The position numbers and the translations under genes were made by a program. Positions 21,777 to 30,667 of a DNA stretch of 64,000 nucleotides are shown here, piece after piece; positions within the stretch are counted from its first letter, which is position 1; every line of letters starts with the position of its first letter. The notes under the pieces were generated by a model. The model saw nothing but the letters and a program-made list of their open reading frames with translations, did not search any database and was not told the DNA's origin. The stretch covers positions 1,344,001 through 1,408,000 of the forward strand of contig OZ250150.1 of the NCBI GenBank assembly GCA_965237675.1, in the 5' to 3' direction. This stretch comes from Candidatus Latescibacterota bacterium (GTDB taxonomy: Bacteria; Latescibacterota; UBA2968; GCA-2709665).

Positions 21777-22394
21777 ATGAAAATGAAAAGCGAATACAAG
21801 ACGCTACAATGCGCGCCTGAGTCCGACGCGACGATGATCGAACGGGCGCTTGCGGGCGATGAGTGGGCCTATACGTACCTTTACAGGGCGCATCGCGACC
21901 GCGTGCGGGCGCTCGTGCACCGAAGTGCAAGGAACGCAGATGAGACCGAGGATCTGGTTCAACTGGTCTTTATAAAGGCTTTTCAGGGACTGGCTGGGTT
22001 TCGGGGACAGGCCGCGTTCTCCACGTGGCTGACGCGCATTGCCATGAATGTGCGTACATCCCATTCTCGGTCCTTGAGAAAGCGGAAGAACTGGCTGAGT
22101 GAGGTTGAGGATGCCGTACCCGCGCTCCAGGCGCGGTGGTACGCGTCGCCTCACGAGGATCCCGAAGCGGTGATGGTGCGGAAGGAGCGCAGGGAAATTG
22201 TGATGCGGAGCATCCGGGCGCTGCTGGAACGGCATCGGGAGGCGGTCTGGTTGCATTATGTGGGTGAACGGTCCTATCATGAGATCGTCGAAGAACTCCA
22301 GGTGCCCATCGGAACGTTGAAAGTCTGGCTATACCGAGGAAGGCATCAGTTGAGACGGGAGGTTGAGCGGCTGGGGATGGCGGTGAGTCTATAG
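21777..22394 (+). CDS. ECF-family RNA polymerase sigma factor
   Basis: Region 2 (EDLVQLVFIKAF...FSTWLTRIAMN) and region 4 (SYHEIVEELQVPIGTLKVWLYRGR). Start uncertain among 21774, 21777 and 21783. Confidence 0.92.
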   Translation: MKMKSEYKTLQCAPESDATMIERALAGDEWAYTYLYRAHRDRVRALVHRSARNADETEDLVQLVFIKAFQGLAGFRGQAAFSTWLTRIAMNVRTSHSRSLRKRKNWLSEVEDAVPALQARWYASPHEDPEAVMVRKERREIVMRSIRALLERHREAVWLHYVGERSYHEIVEELQVPIGTLKVWLYRGRHQLRREVERLGMAVSL

Positions 22395-22460
22395 GAACTG
22401 GAAAGAATCGACCTGGAATGGTTGCACGCCAACGTCTCAGGGGTTGTAAAGGTAAGTCCT

Positions 22461-23909
22461 ATGGCAGAGCGAAAACCACAGAAGGACAAGGGACGGGTGT
22501 TGAAGCTGGATCAGGCAGGCGCGCCGGCCGATCGCCAGACTTCCAGTCGGGAATCGTCCGAGGGAACGTCAGACTCCGTTGGCGGAGATAGACCGATGCC
22601 CGGTTTCGTGGGTGCCGGTACCTCGGCGTCTGAAGGGGCACGCCAGAAAACGATCCCTGGCACGGACCGCAAACTCGAAAAGAAATTTTGGAAGCCGAAA
22701 CGCATCCTGAGCGTTGGCGCGGTCGCGGCATTTGTGGGACTGGTCCTCTATATGGCCATTTTTGGAGACCACAGCGCCAGGCTCAACGTGCAGGTCGAGC
22801 GAATTACGATTGCGGAAGTCACCCGCGGCCCCTTCCAGGAATTCATTCCCCAGCGCGGCACCGTGATGCCCATTCAGTCGCACTACCTGGATGCGCTGGA
22901 AGGCGGGCAGGTGGAGGAGATATTCCTTGAAGAGGGGGCAATGGTAGAAAAAGGCACGCGGATCTTGCGCATGTCGAACCCATCCCTGGAACAGACCGTA
23001 TTGAGCCAGGAAGCGCAGTTGTTCGAGCAGATCAACAGAATGGAAAACACCCGATTGAGCCAGGAGATACAGGATATCCAGCGCAAGCGTTCCCTGATGG
23101 ACATCGAACTGGACCTGCAGAAATCCGAGCGCGATTTTCGGAAACAGAAAGCGCTATTCGAAAACAAATTCGCCTCGAGAGACGAATTTGAAGAGGCAAG
23201 AGACAAATACGGACACGCGCAGAAGCTTAAGGTGTTCATGCTGGAGACCTTGCGGCGCGACTCCCTCTATCGAATCAATGAACTGGCTGCCCTGCAGAAG
23301 CGCGCATGGAGCCTGCAGCTCCAACTGGATGACGTGCGTCGCCCGCTGAGGAATCTGATCGTCCGCGCGCCGATCGACGGTCAACTTTCGCAACTCAACG
23401 CCGAGATCGGCAAGTTGATCGCGAAGGGGACCAGCATTGGCCAGATCGACGTTCTGGACGCTTACAAGATGCGTGCGGCTATCGATGAATTCTACATTAC
23501 CAGAATCACGACTGGGCTGAAAGGGACGATTGAAATTGACGATGAGACGTATGAGTTGAAGATCCGTCGGGTTTTCCCCGAGGTAAAGGAGGGCCAGTTC
23601 GAGGTCGATATGGATTTCACAGGCGAGGCGCCTCAGAGCATTCGTCGCGGCCAGACGGAGCAGATTCGGCTGGAGTTGGACGCGCCCGAAGAAGCGTTAT
23701 TGCTGCCGCGGGGCGCGTTCTATCAGACCACGGGCGGCAACTGGGTCTTCGTGGTCGAGGGCGACCTGGCCGTGCGGCGCCAGGTTCGCATCGGACGCCA
23801 GAATCCCGAGTACTTTGAAGTGCTCGAGGGCCTGTCCCCAGGGGAACGGGTGGTGACCTCGTCGTACGAAAATTATGAAGAAATCGATAAATTGGTCTTA
23901 CAGCGGTAA
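22461..23909 (+). CDS. MacA/HlyD-family periplasmic adaptor (membrane fusion protein)
   Basis: N-terminal TM segment, biotinyl-lipoyl halves (EGGQVEEIFLEEG; VRAPIDGQL), coiled coil, and GRQNPEYFEVLEGL. Confidence 0.92.
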   Translation: MAERKPQKDKGRVLKLDQAGAPADRQTSSRESSEGTSDSVGGDRPMPGFVGAGTSASEGARQKTIPGTDRKLEKKFWKPKRILSVGAVAAFVGLVLYMAIFGDHSARLNVQVERITIAEVTRGPFQEFIPQRGTVMPIQSHYLDALEGGQVEEIFLEEGAMVEKGTRILRMSNPSLEQTVLSQEAQLFEQINRMENTRLSQEIQDIQRKRSLMDIELDLQKSERDFRKQKALFENKFASRDEFEEARDKYGHAQKLKVFMLETLRRDSLYRINELAALQKRAWSLQLQLDDVRRPLRNLIVRAPIDGQLSQLNAEIGKLIAKGTSIGQIDVLDAYKMRAAIDEFYITRITTGLKGTIEIDDETYELKIRRVFPEVKEGQFEVDMDFTGEAPQSIRRGQTEQIRLELDAPEEALLLPRGAFYQTTGGNWVFVVEGDLAVRRQVRIGRQNPEYFEVLEGLSPGERVVTSSYENYEEIDKLVLQR

Positions 23910-23992
23910 GAGGTGAGAAGGAAGACGTAAGAGGATGGAAGTCTCGCCACTTTGTTCGGCGCTAAAGTCAAATGGGATAGAGCCAAAACACG

Positions 23993-24352
23993 ATGTTGAA
24001 TCTCAGCCACAAAAAGCTTGAAGCATGGAAAATGAGTATTGATCTGGTGAACGAGATTTATACTTTGACCTCTGAATTTCCTTCCACCGAAATCTATGGC
24101 ATTACCAGCCAGTTACGTCGGTCTGCTGTCTCAATACCGTCTAACATCGCCGAGGGATCAGCGAGATCTTCGAATACTGAACGCAGAAGATTTCTCGAAA
24201 TAGCCAGGAGTTCGCTGGTTGAGTTGGATACTCAACTTGAAATTGCACTAAACCTCCAATTGTGTTCGGACGATGACGTTCAATCAATATCAGAAACGAT
24301 GAATCGTTTGTTTGGTTTACTCTCAGGATTGATTAGTAGAGTTTCCTCGTAA
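23993..24352 (+). CDS. Four helix bundle protein (23S rRNA intervening-sequence protein / bAvd-like family)
   Basis: FPSTEIYGITSQLRRSAVSIPSNIAEG and FLEIARSSLVELDTQL signatures; lower GC than neighbours. Confidence 0.93.
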   Translation: MLNLSHKKLEAWKMSIDLVNEIYTLTSEFPSTEIYGITSQLRRSAVSIPSNIAEGSARSSNTERRRFLEIARSSLVELDTQLEIALNLQLCSDDDVQSISETMNRLFGLLSGLISRVSS

Positions 24353-24401
24353 CCCGTGCCGATTCGTTAGCCATTTTTGTTACGGCCAATAAAACGAACG
24401 G

Positions 24402-25120
24402 GCACTCATATCCTCTCCCGTCTAACGTCTTCCGTCTAACTTCGGTAAGAGGTGAGCCGGGAGACGGCAGTGGAAAAACCTTGCCACCGGATGCGGCGCC
24501 AGAGCGAGAAGGGATAGCGCCAAGACACGATGCTGATTTTCAGCCAAATTGCGTTACTGCCAGGACTGACAAATAGGGTTTCGTCGTAATCCGTGCTGAA
24601 AACTCAGCCAATGTCTTTTGCGACTTTTGAGACGATAATGCACTCATATCCTCTCCCGTCTCCCGTCTAACGTCTACCCTTTCATCAGGCACTCATATCC
24701 TCTCCCGTCTCCCGTCTAACGTCTACCCTTTCATCAGGCACTCATATCCTCTCCCGTCTCCCGTCTAACGTCTACCCTTTCATCAGGCACTCATATCCTC
24801 TCCCGTCCAACGTCTTCCGTCTAACTTCGGTAAGAGGTGAGCCGGGAGACGGCAGTGGAAAAACCTTGCCACCGGATGCGGCGCCAGAGCGAGAAGGGAT
24901 AGCGCCAAGACACGATGCTGATTTTCAGCCAAATTGCGTTACTGTCAGGACTGACAAATAGGGTTTCGTCGTAATCCGTGCCGAAAACTCAGCCAATGTC
25001 TTTTGCGACTTTTGAGACGATAAGGTACTCACATCATCTCCCGTCTCCCGTCTAACGTCTACCCTTTCATAAGGCACTCACATCATCTCCCGTCTCCCGT
25101 CTAACGTCTTCCGTCTACCC
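24402..25120 (+). repeat. Complex repeat: two copies (period 385 bp) of an internally deleted four-helix-bundle cassette, plus three exact 49-bp tandem units (24640-24786)
   Basis: The 49-mer GCACTCATATCCTCTCCCGTCTCCCGTCTAACGTCTACCCTTTCATCAG occurs three times; mini-ORFs at 24530-24589 and 24915-24974. Confidence 0.9.
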
Positions 25121-25140
25121 TTTTTAAAAGGAGCTCCAAG

Positions 25141-25830
25141 ATGATCAAAACGGTTAATCTACAGAAAGTCTACCGAACGGAAGAAGTCGAAACGACCGCG
25201 CTTCGGAATGTCAATCTGGAGATTAGCGAAGGCGAGTTCGTGGCGGTGATGGGCCCCTCGGGTTGCGGCAAGTCCACGCTTCTGAACGTGCTGGGGCTGT
25301 TGGATAACCCGACGGATGGGGAATACTATCTGAACGACGTGGAGGTGTCGAAACACACGGAGCGGCAGAGAGCGGACACCCGGAAAGAGAATATCGGATT
25401 CGTGTTTCAGAGTTTCAATCTGATCGACGAACTGACCGTGGCCGAGAATATCGAACTGCCGCTGCTGTACCTGAAGATGCCGTCCAAAGAACGCAGGAAG
25501 CGCGTGGATGAGTCGATGGAGTATATGGGCATCAAGCACAGGGAGAAACACTTCCCGCAGCAGTTGTCGGGCGGCCAGCAGCAGCGGGTGGCCGTGGCGC
25601 GGGCGGTCATTTCGAATCCGAAAATGATCCTTGCGGATGAGCCCACGGGGAATCTGGACTCCGCCAACGGCAATGAAGTGATGGGATTGTTGACGGAATT
25701 GAACAAGAACGGGACGACCATCGTGATGGTGACGCACAAAGCCCACGATGCGGGATATGCCCATCGCGTCGTTCACCTGTTCGACGGCCACGTGGTGACC
25801 GAGAATATCAAGGAGCAAGCGCCGAATTAA
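25141..25830 (+). CDS. ABC transporter ATP-binding protein (LolD/MacB type)
   Basis: Walker A GPSGCGKST, LSGGQQQR, Walker B ILADEPTGNLD, and VTH switch. Confidence 0.96.
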   Translation: MIKTVNLQKVYRTEEVETTALRNVNLEISEGEFVAVMGPSGCGKSTLLNVLGLLDNPTDGEYYLNDVEVSKHTERQRADTRKENIGFVFQSFNLIDELTVAENIELPLLYLKMPSKERRKRVDESMEYMGIKHREKHFPQQLSGGQQQRVAVARAVISNPKMILADEPTGNLDSANGNEVMGLLTELNKNGTTIVMVTHKAHDAGYAHRVVHLFDGHVVTENIKEQAPN

Positions 25831-25971
25831 CCGCAGCGCGACGATAGAACGGGGGTCGAAACCGGGTACCTGACCCGAGTCCGGGGGGTTTACTCGTTAC
25901 TCCCCATTTTTCTGTCGCCGCTCATCTCGCCCGTGCCCGCCCGTATTCCTCCGACAGCGACGTTCCCGTCC

Positions 25972-26934
25972 CTACAACGTTCCCTGGTGCCCGGCGCGGA
26001 TGGCCTCGCACAGGCGCATGGTCTGTACGGCGTCGTCCAGGGTTGACCATGGCTCGCGGTCTTCCAGAATGCAGTCGACGAAGTGGACGATCTCGTTGTA
26101 GCCGGACCCGCCCACGGCCTCGATCTCATCGCCCTCCAGTGAAAAAGCCTCGCCCTGATCATAGCCCTCTACTTGCGGCGCCCTTGTCAGATCGAGATAA
26201 ACCGAAAGGTCTTCGCCGTGTACCTCAGCCCACTGGATGCGATAACCCACGCCATAGTGGCTCATCAAAACGCCGAAGGCGCCCGTATCGAAGCGCACCA
26301 CGGCGTTGTGGCGGTGGCATCCGGGGCGCTCGCCATCCTGCACTATCCCCCGCACCTCCACCGGTACGGCCGCTTCCTCGGGGCTGGGACCCGCCAACCA
26401 GCGGATCAGGTCCACGTGGTGAATGGCGTCGCAGATCACCGGATCCGGCGTTGCGGCCTTAAACCGGGTTACCCGTTTGTTGTACGTGGCCGCGACGTGT
26501 ACCGCGCCCCCGCCCGCCTGGATACGCCGCCGGACGGCCAGCACGTGAGGATAGTATCTCCGGTTGAACGATACGATGGCCTTGCCCGTGCTGCGCCGGG
26601 CGGCGTGCGCCATCTGCTCGGTCTCATCGGTGTTCATCCCGGGCGACTTCTCCACCGACGTGTGAATACCGCGTTCCAGGCAATCCAGCACGATGGGCAG
26701 CAGATGACCGGGGTCCGTGACGACGTACACGAGATCCGGCCGGCACGCGTCGAGCATCTGCCGGTAGTCCGTAGAGGCCAGGTCCGGCGCCCATTCCGCC
26801 CTGTTTTTTCGGAGACGCTCCCCGTCGAGTTCCGCGATGCCCGCCAGCTGAAGGCGTGGCTCGTCGGCAATCATCTTGAAATGCGACTGGGCGTGCCCGC
26901 CACAGCCGATAACCGCGGCTTTCAGATCAGTCAT
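25972..26934 (-). CDS. Gfo/Idh/MocA-family oxidoreductase
   Basis: VIGCGGHA, EKSP, FNRRY and AIHHVD motifs. Confidence 0.9.
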   Translation of the reverse strand: MTDLKAAVIGCGGHAQSHFKMIADEPRLQLAGIAELDGERLRKNRAEWAPDLASTDYRQMLDACRPDLVYVVTDPGHLLPIVLDCLERGIHTSVEKSPGMNTDETEQMAHAARRSTGKAIVSFNRRYYPHVLAVRRRIQAGGGAVHVAATYNKRVTRFKAATPDPVICDAIHHVDLIRWLAGPSPEEAAVPVEVRGIVQDGERPGCHRHNAVVRFDTGAFGVLMSHYGVGYRIQWAEVHGEDLSVYLDLTRAPQVEGYDQGEAFSLEGDEIEAVGGSGYNEIVHFVDCILEDREPWSTLDDAVQTMRLCEAIRAGHQGTL

Positions 26935-27006
26935 GGTGAATTCCTTTCAAGGAGGGTAGACGGAAGAAGGAAATAGATAAGAAAGAAAAACGCGAAGATG
27001 TATAAC

Positions 27007-27650
27007 CTACCCCACCCCCTAACGTCCCCTATTCCCTTGCCCTTTTTCGAAGGGCCGGGAGACGGAAGAGGTAAGACGGTAGAGGAAAAACCTTGCCACC
27101 TGATGCGGCGCCAAGCCAAAAAGGATAGCGCCGGAACGCCATATTGAAACATGTGCGCCATGGTCTTGAGATTGACACAACAGCGTTTCCACGTGACCCG
27201 TGCCTATTCAGTAGCCATAGTTGAGTCCACTCCGAAAAGTGAGATTCGCGTGATTTTCTTCCAATTTGGATCAGGAACGGCCATTTTCAATAAAAGCTAT
27301 ATCCCCATAAATCATTATATATAATAGTGTTATATCAAGTATGATTTCGATTTACTTCTGAGTGAAACACCAACTTGGACCTCGTCAGAGAGGATTTTGA
27401 CTTTTCGGAGGAGACTCATAGTTGTTACGGCAAATTAAACGACCAGGCACTCATATCGTCTCACTTCTTCCGTCTAACGTCTCACTGCCTTTAGAAGAAG
27501 GGCGCCGCTCGGCGCGGGGCCGGTTTTTCCGTGAATTTCCTCAGTAGTGGAATTGGAAATCGGGTGGCCTATGAGCCCTCCAGGAGCTGCCGGTGTACGG
27601 AGATTTACGGAATAACACGGAAAAACCCCCCGCTCCACCTCCGTCCGGTC
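27007..27650 (+). repeat. Structured dispersed repeat ('element X', copy D), interrupted at ~27049-27496 by a heptamer-bounded cassette remnant
   Basis: The left arm CCCCACCCCCTAACGTCCCCTATTCCCTTGCCCTTTTTC and right arm AAGAAGGGCGCCGCTCGGCGCGGGGCCGGTTTTTCCGTG...CACGGAAAAACCCCC both match the uninterrupted copies. Confidence 0.8.
27223..27417. mobile_element. 195-bp MITE with 18-bp TIRs and a 6-bp TSD
   Basis: TIRs GAGTCCACTCCGAAAAGT / ACTTTTCGGAGGAGACTC (2 mismatches); ATAGTT duplicated at 27217-27222 and 27418-27423; AT-rich non-coding core. Confidence 0.85.
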
Positions 27651-27940
27651 ATTAGTTATTCCTTGAAGTTCTGGCGAGCGGAATGGCGCTTGTACCGCTC
27701 TTTGCTGTATGCCGATAGTTATCTGCCAAATGCTGACCGCTGATCGCTCCTCACCCCCAGGAAACCACACCGTTCTCTAACACGATGCCTCTTGAGAGGA
27801 CTACCAGAGCAGGGCGCGTTTTTCCGTCCCGCTCCAAATTACGATTTCCTCCGTGGTTGGCAGGGCAGCGGATTGGGTGGGTCCCGTGAAGTAATTCGCG
27901 CCATGCATAAAACAGGCCCCGCGCCCAGCGGCGACTATTG

Positions 27941-28110
27941 CAAAGGCGGTAAGAGGTAAGAGGCGAGACGGTAGAGGGCTAAAAACTCTGTAATATTTCG
28001 CCCTCAAATCCGGTCTGTCACTAACGGGCTAATGGAAATGGATCACGAATGAGGGCACCAAACCGGTGACGGTGTCTTCTCCCCTCTCCCGTCTTACGTC
28101 TCACGGTCTT
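27941..28110. repeat. Small element bounded by inverted heptamer arrays (AAGGCGGTAAGAGGTAAGAGGCGAGACGGTAGAGGG ... CCCCTCTCCCGTCTTACGTCTCACGGTCTT)
   Basis: Purine array on the left, complementary pyrimidine array on the right, and about 100 bp of unique core. Confidence 0.7.
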
Positions 28111-28388
28111 AGGGAACCCGCCGTAGGCAGGGAATTTGTGGAAAGGTGGATTTTGATTTTGACTTTCCCCTATTGCCTTTGGCTGACCCCTGACCGCTAC
28201 GTAGGGTAACATCTGTTCGGGCACATAGATAACACTTTTCGTGGCGACCCCTGCAGGCTGCCACGTGACCGTTGAGGTGAGAAGTGTCGATAACCGGAAC
28301 GGTCGCGCTCGGGGTCGATGCGGTGCGCCGCAGCAACGTTCGACCGGGGGTAAAGCGAGTGCGAACGCGAGGTGCGTCCCTTTTTCTG

Positions 28389-28418
28389 TTGACAACTGTG
28401 GAGTTCCAACAGTACCAT
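28389..28418 (+). promoter_or_regulatory. Candidate sigma70 promoter TTGACA-N18-TACCAT upstream of the PhyH gene
   Basis: Perfect -35 box and near-consensus -10 box; spacer is 18 bp. Confidence 0.4.
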
Positions 28419-28474
28419 GACACCTGCAGTTTGCGTTGTTTTCTGGCGATTGTACAACATAGAGGAGGTAAGAA

Positions 28475-30229
28475 ATGGACCGGGAGGAGATGAGCCACGA
28501 GGAGAACTACTGTTTCGATATCTCGGGCTACCTGATCTTACGGGGTGTTTTGACGCCCAAAGAGGTCGAGGCCTGCAATCGGGCGCTCGAGCGCGAGGGC
28601 CGCGTGAGTGGGATGCTGGGATGGCCCGCACCGCATAGGGAGCCGTTCCGGGACCTGATGGCCCATCCCGTGCTGGTTGGGTACCTGAACCAGCTCATCG
28701 GATATGGTTTCCGGCTGGACCGGGAACCGGAGCTGATCGGCAAAGCGGATGGGGCTGCCGGCGGCCTCGTTGGCGGCAATGAACCGATGGACGCCGGCCG
28801 GGCCTACTACATCCTCAACGGCCGCCGGCACTGACAGGGAATACACGCCATCTGGGCGCTGTCCGATACGAGCGCGGGAGATGGCGGGTTTTCGCTGGTC
28901 CCGTGCAGCCACAAAAGCAATGTGGGAACCCCCGAAGATGTGCTGACCGGGAGGGACGACCTGGGACTGACCGTGCAGCCGGTGCTGAAGGCGGGCGACC
29001 TGCTGCTGTGCACGGCGACCCTGCTTCAGGGCGTACGTCCCGGAACGAGGGAGCACCCGCAGCGGCTGCTCTTGTACAAATACGCGGGGCACGCGGCGGT
29101 GCAATCCATCGGCACCGGGCCGAAGACCCGACGGGAGGACCAGCCGGAATGGATGGCGGAATTGACGCCGGAGCAGCGTGTTATGCTGCACAAGCCGGGA
29201 TACGGGGATTCGGACCCGCCTCCCACGCTCAGCTCGGATGGAGAGACCTGTTGGGTGGACCCGGAACCCGACCTGTCCCACCCTTCCATCTATATCAAGA
29301 ATCCGGATTCGAACATCGACGAGAAGGAGTTCTATTTCTGGGACCTGTGCGGTAATCTCGTCCTCCGAAATGTGATGACTCCGGAAGACCTGGCGCTGGC
29401 GAACGAGGCGGTCGACCGGTTTACGGACCGCATCGTGGTTGAAAGCGTAGATCTGGCCAAGGGGTCCAAGAGCCTGGCCGGAACCGGGCGGCCCACCATG
29501 ACCGGCCTGCTTGAAATGCCCAGGCCCTACTGTGAACCGTTCCGGAAGATGCTCGCCCACCCGGCAGTGGTACACCGCCTCACCTGGATGGGCGGGAAGG
29601 GCTTCCGGTGTACGGGCTTTGAGGCGATCTGTACGGCCAGCGGAGGCGCCGGACATTTTCTTCATGGCGGCAACGAGCCGTTGAGTCCATCTCGCAACTA
29701 TACCTTCCAGAACGGCCGCAGCTATGCGCTGGGGGGCCCGTCCGTTGCGGTGGCCTGGCAATTGCGGGATGTCACCGAAAACGACGGGGGGTTTGCCTGC
29801 GTGCCGGGAAGCCACAAGGCGCAGTACCGCATCCCCAAGGGCGTTTGGACCTGCGACGAGGACATGGGGCTGGTGGTACATCCGCTGACAAAGGCCGGGG
29901 ACGTCATCTTTTTTATGGACGGCCCGCAGGCGCACGGTGCACTGGCGTGGAAGAGCGACATCCAGCGCCGCGTAATCCTGACGCGGTACTCCTCGCGGCA
30001 CTTCAACGGGGGAGCGGCAATGGCGACCCCGGAGGAGAGATGGGGGGGTCTTCTGGAGGGGATGGGTGGGGCGCAGCTGGCGGTGATGCGGGGGCCGGAC
30101 CGCGACGAGAAGGCCAGCAACGTGCCGCGGCTGGTTTCGGAGAACGGAAAAATCGAGGTCGTTTACGACCGGAGTCAGGGTGGGCTTTACACCGGGGCGA
30201 CCCCTAAGGGGGCGCCGTCCAGGCGTTGA
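28475..30229 (+). CDS. Tandem-domain phytanoyl-CoA dioxygenase (PhyH)-family protein with one in-frame TGA at 28832-28834 (recoding or pseudogene)
   Basis: ORFs 28475-28834 and 28922-30229 share a frame. Read-through gives NGRRH*QGIHAIWALSD...GGFSLVPCSHKSN, paralleling domain 2 (WQLRDV...GGFACVPGSHKA). Confidence 0.85.
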
Positions 30230-30253
30230 GACCCGAGGCACGTGAGGTTGAAG

Positions 30254-30480
30254 TTTCCCCACCCCCTCAACGTCCCCTATTCCCTTGCCCTTTTTCTTTC
30301 TCGCCAAAGAAAAAGGGCCAAAAATAACGGCGCCGCTCAGACGCCGCGGGGCTGCTTTTCCGCGAATCACTTCACCGGAAATTACCAGCGTCGTTGCCCT
30401 GCGGCCCATTGGAGCGATCCGGAACCACAATGCTGGACGGATTGGCGCGGAAAAGCCCCCGCCCCGCCTCCGGACGGGCG
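30254..30480 (+). repeat. Structured dispersed repeat, element X copy A; followed by a GTAG-REP at 30548-30575
   Basis: Hairpin GCCCTTTTTCTTT-CTCGCC-AAAGAAAAAGGGC and long-range stem CTTTTCCGCG/CGCGGAAAAG. Confidence 0.8.
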
Positions 30481-30667
30481 AGAGTTGGAACGCGAAGGAC
30501 CGCGCCGCTGGATTGGTGGTCGTGCCGCTGAACGACGCATGGTATCCGTAGGGGCGACCGGCCGGTCGCCCCTACAAAACCGGACATCCGAGATATAGAT
30601 ATCGCAATTTGACTCAGGCAGGCCGTATCGATGTCCGGTGCGGTGCGGTCCTCTTCCTTCTACCGTC

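Noticed and set aside
23993-24352. 23S rRNA intervening sequence
   Set aside because: The protein family matches, but the flanks are protein-coding genes and no rRNA sequence is present.
24640-24786. CRISPR array
   Set aside because: The 49-bp units are head-to-tail with no unique spacers, and no cas genes are present.
23993-25120. Diversity-generating retroelement (Avd-like gene next to repeats)
   Set aside because: No reverse transcriptase is in the window, and the repeat pairs (including the permease 2/4 3' blocks) do not differ specifically at adenines.
28835-28870. Confident bacterial SECIS element
   Set aside because: The hairpin is short and lacks the apical-loop G, so it is kept only as a weak hypothesis.
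28538-30430. 630-aa minus-strand ORF, and similar long antisense ORFs at 38339-39526, 30638-31657, 41242-42303 and 57329-58279
   Set aside because: These are antisense shadows of well-supported GC-rich genes and carry no recognisable motifs.
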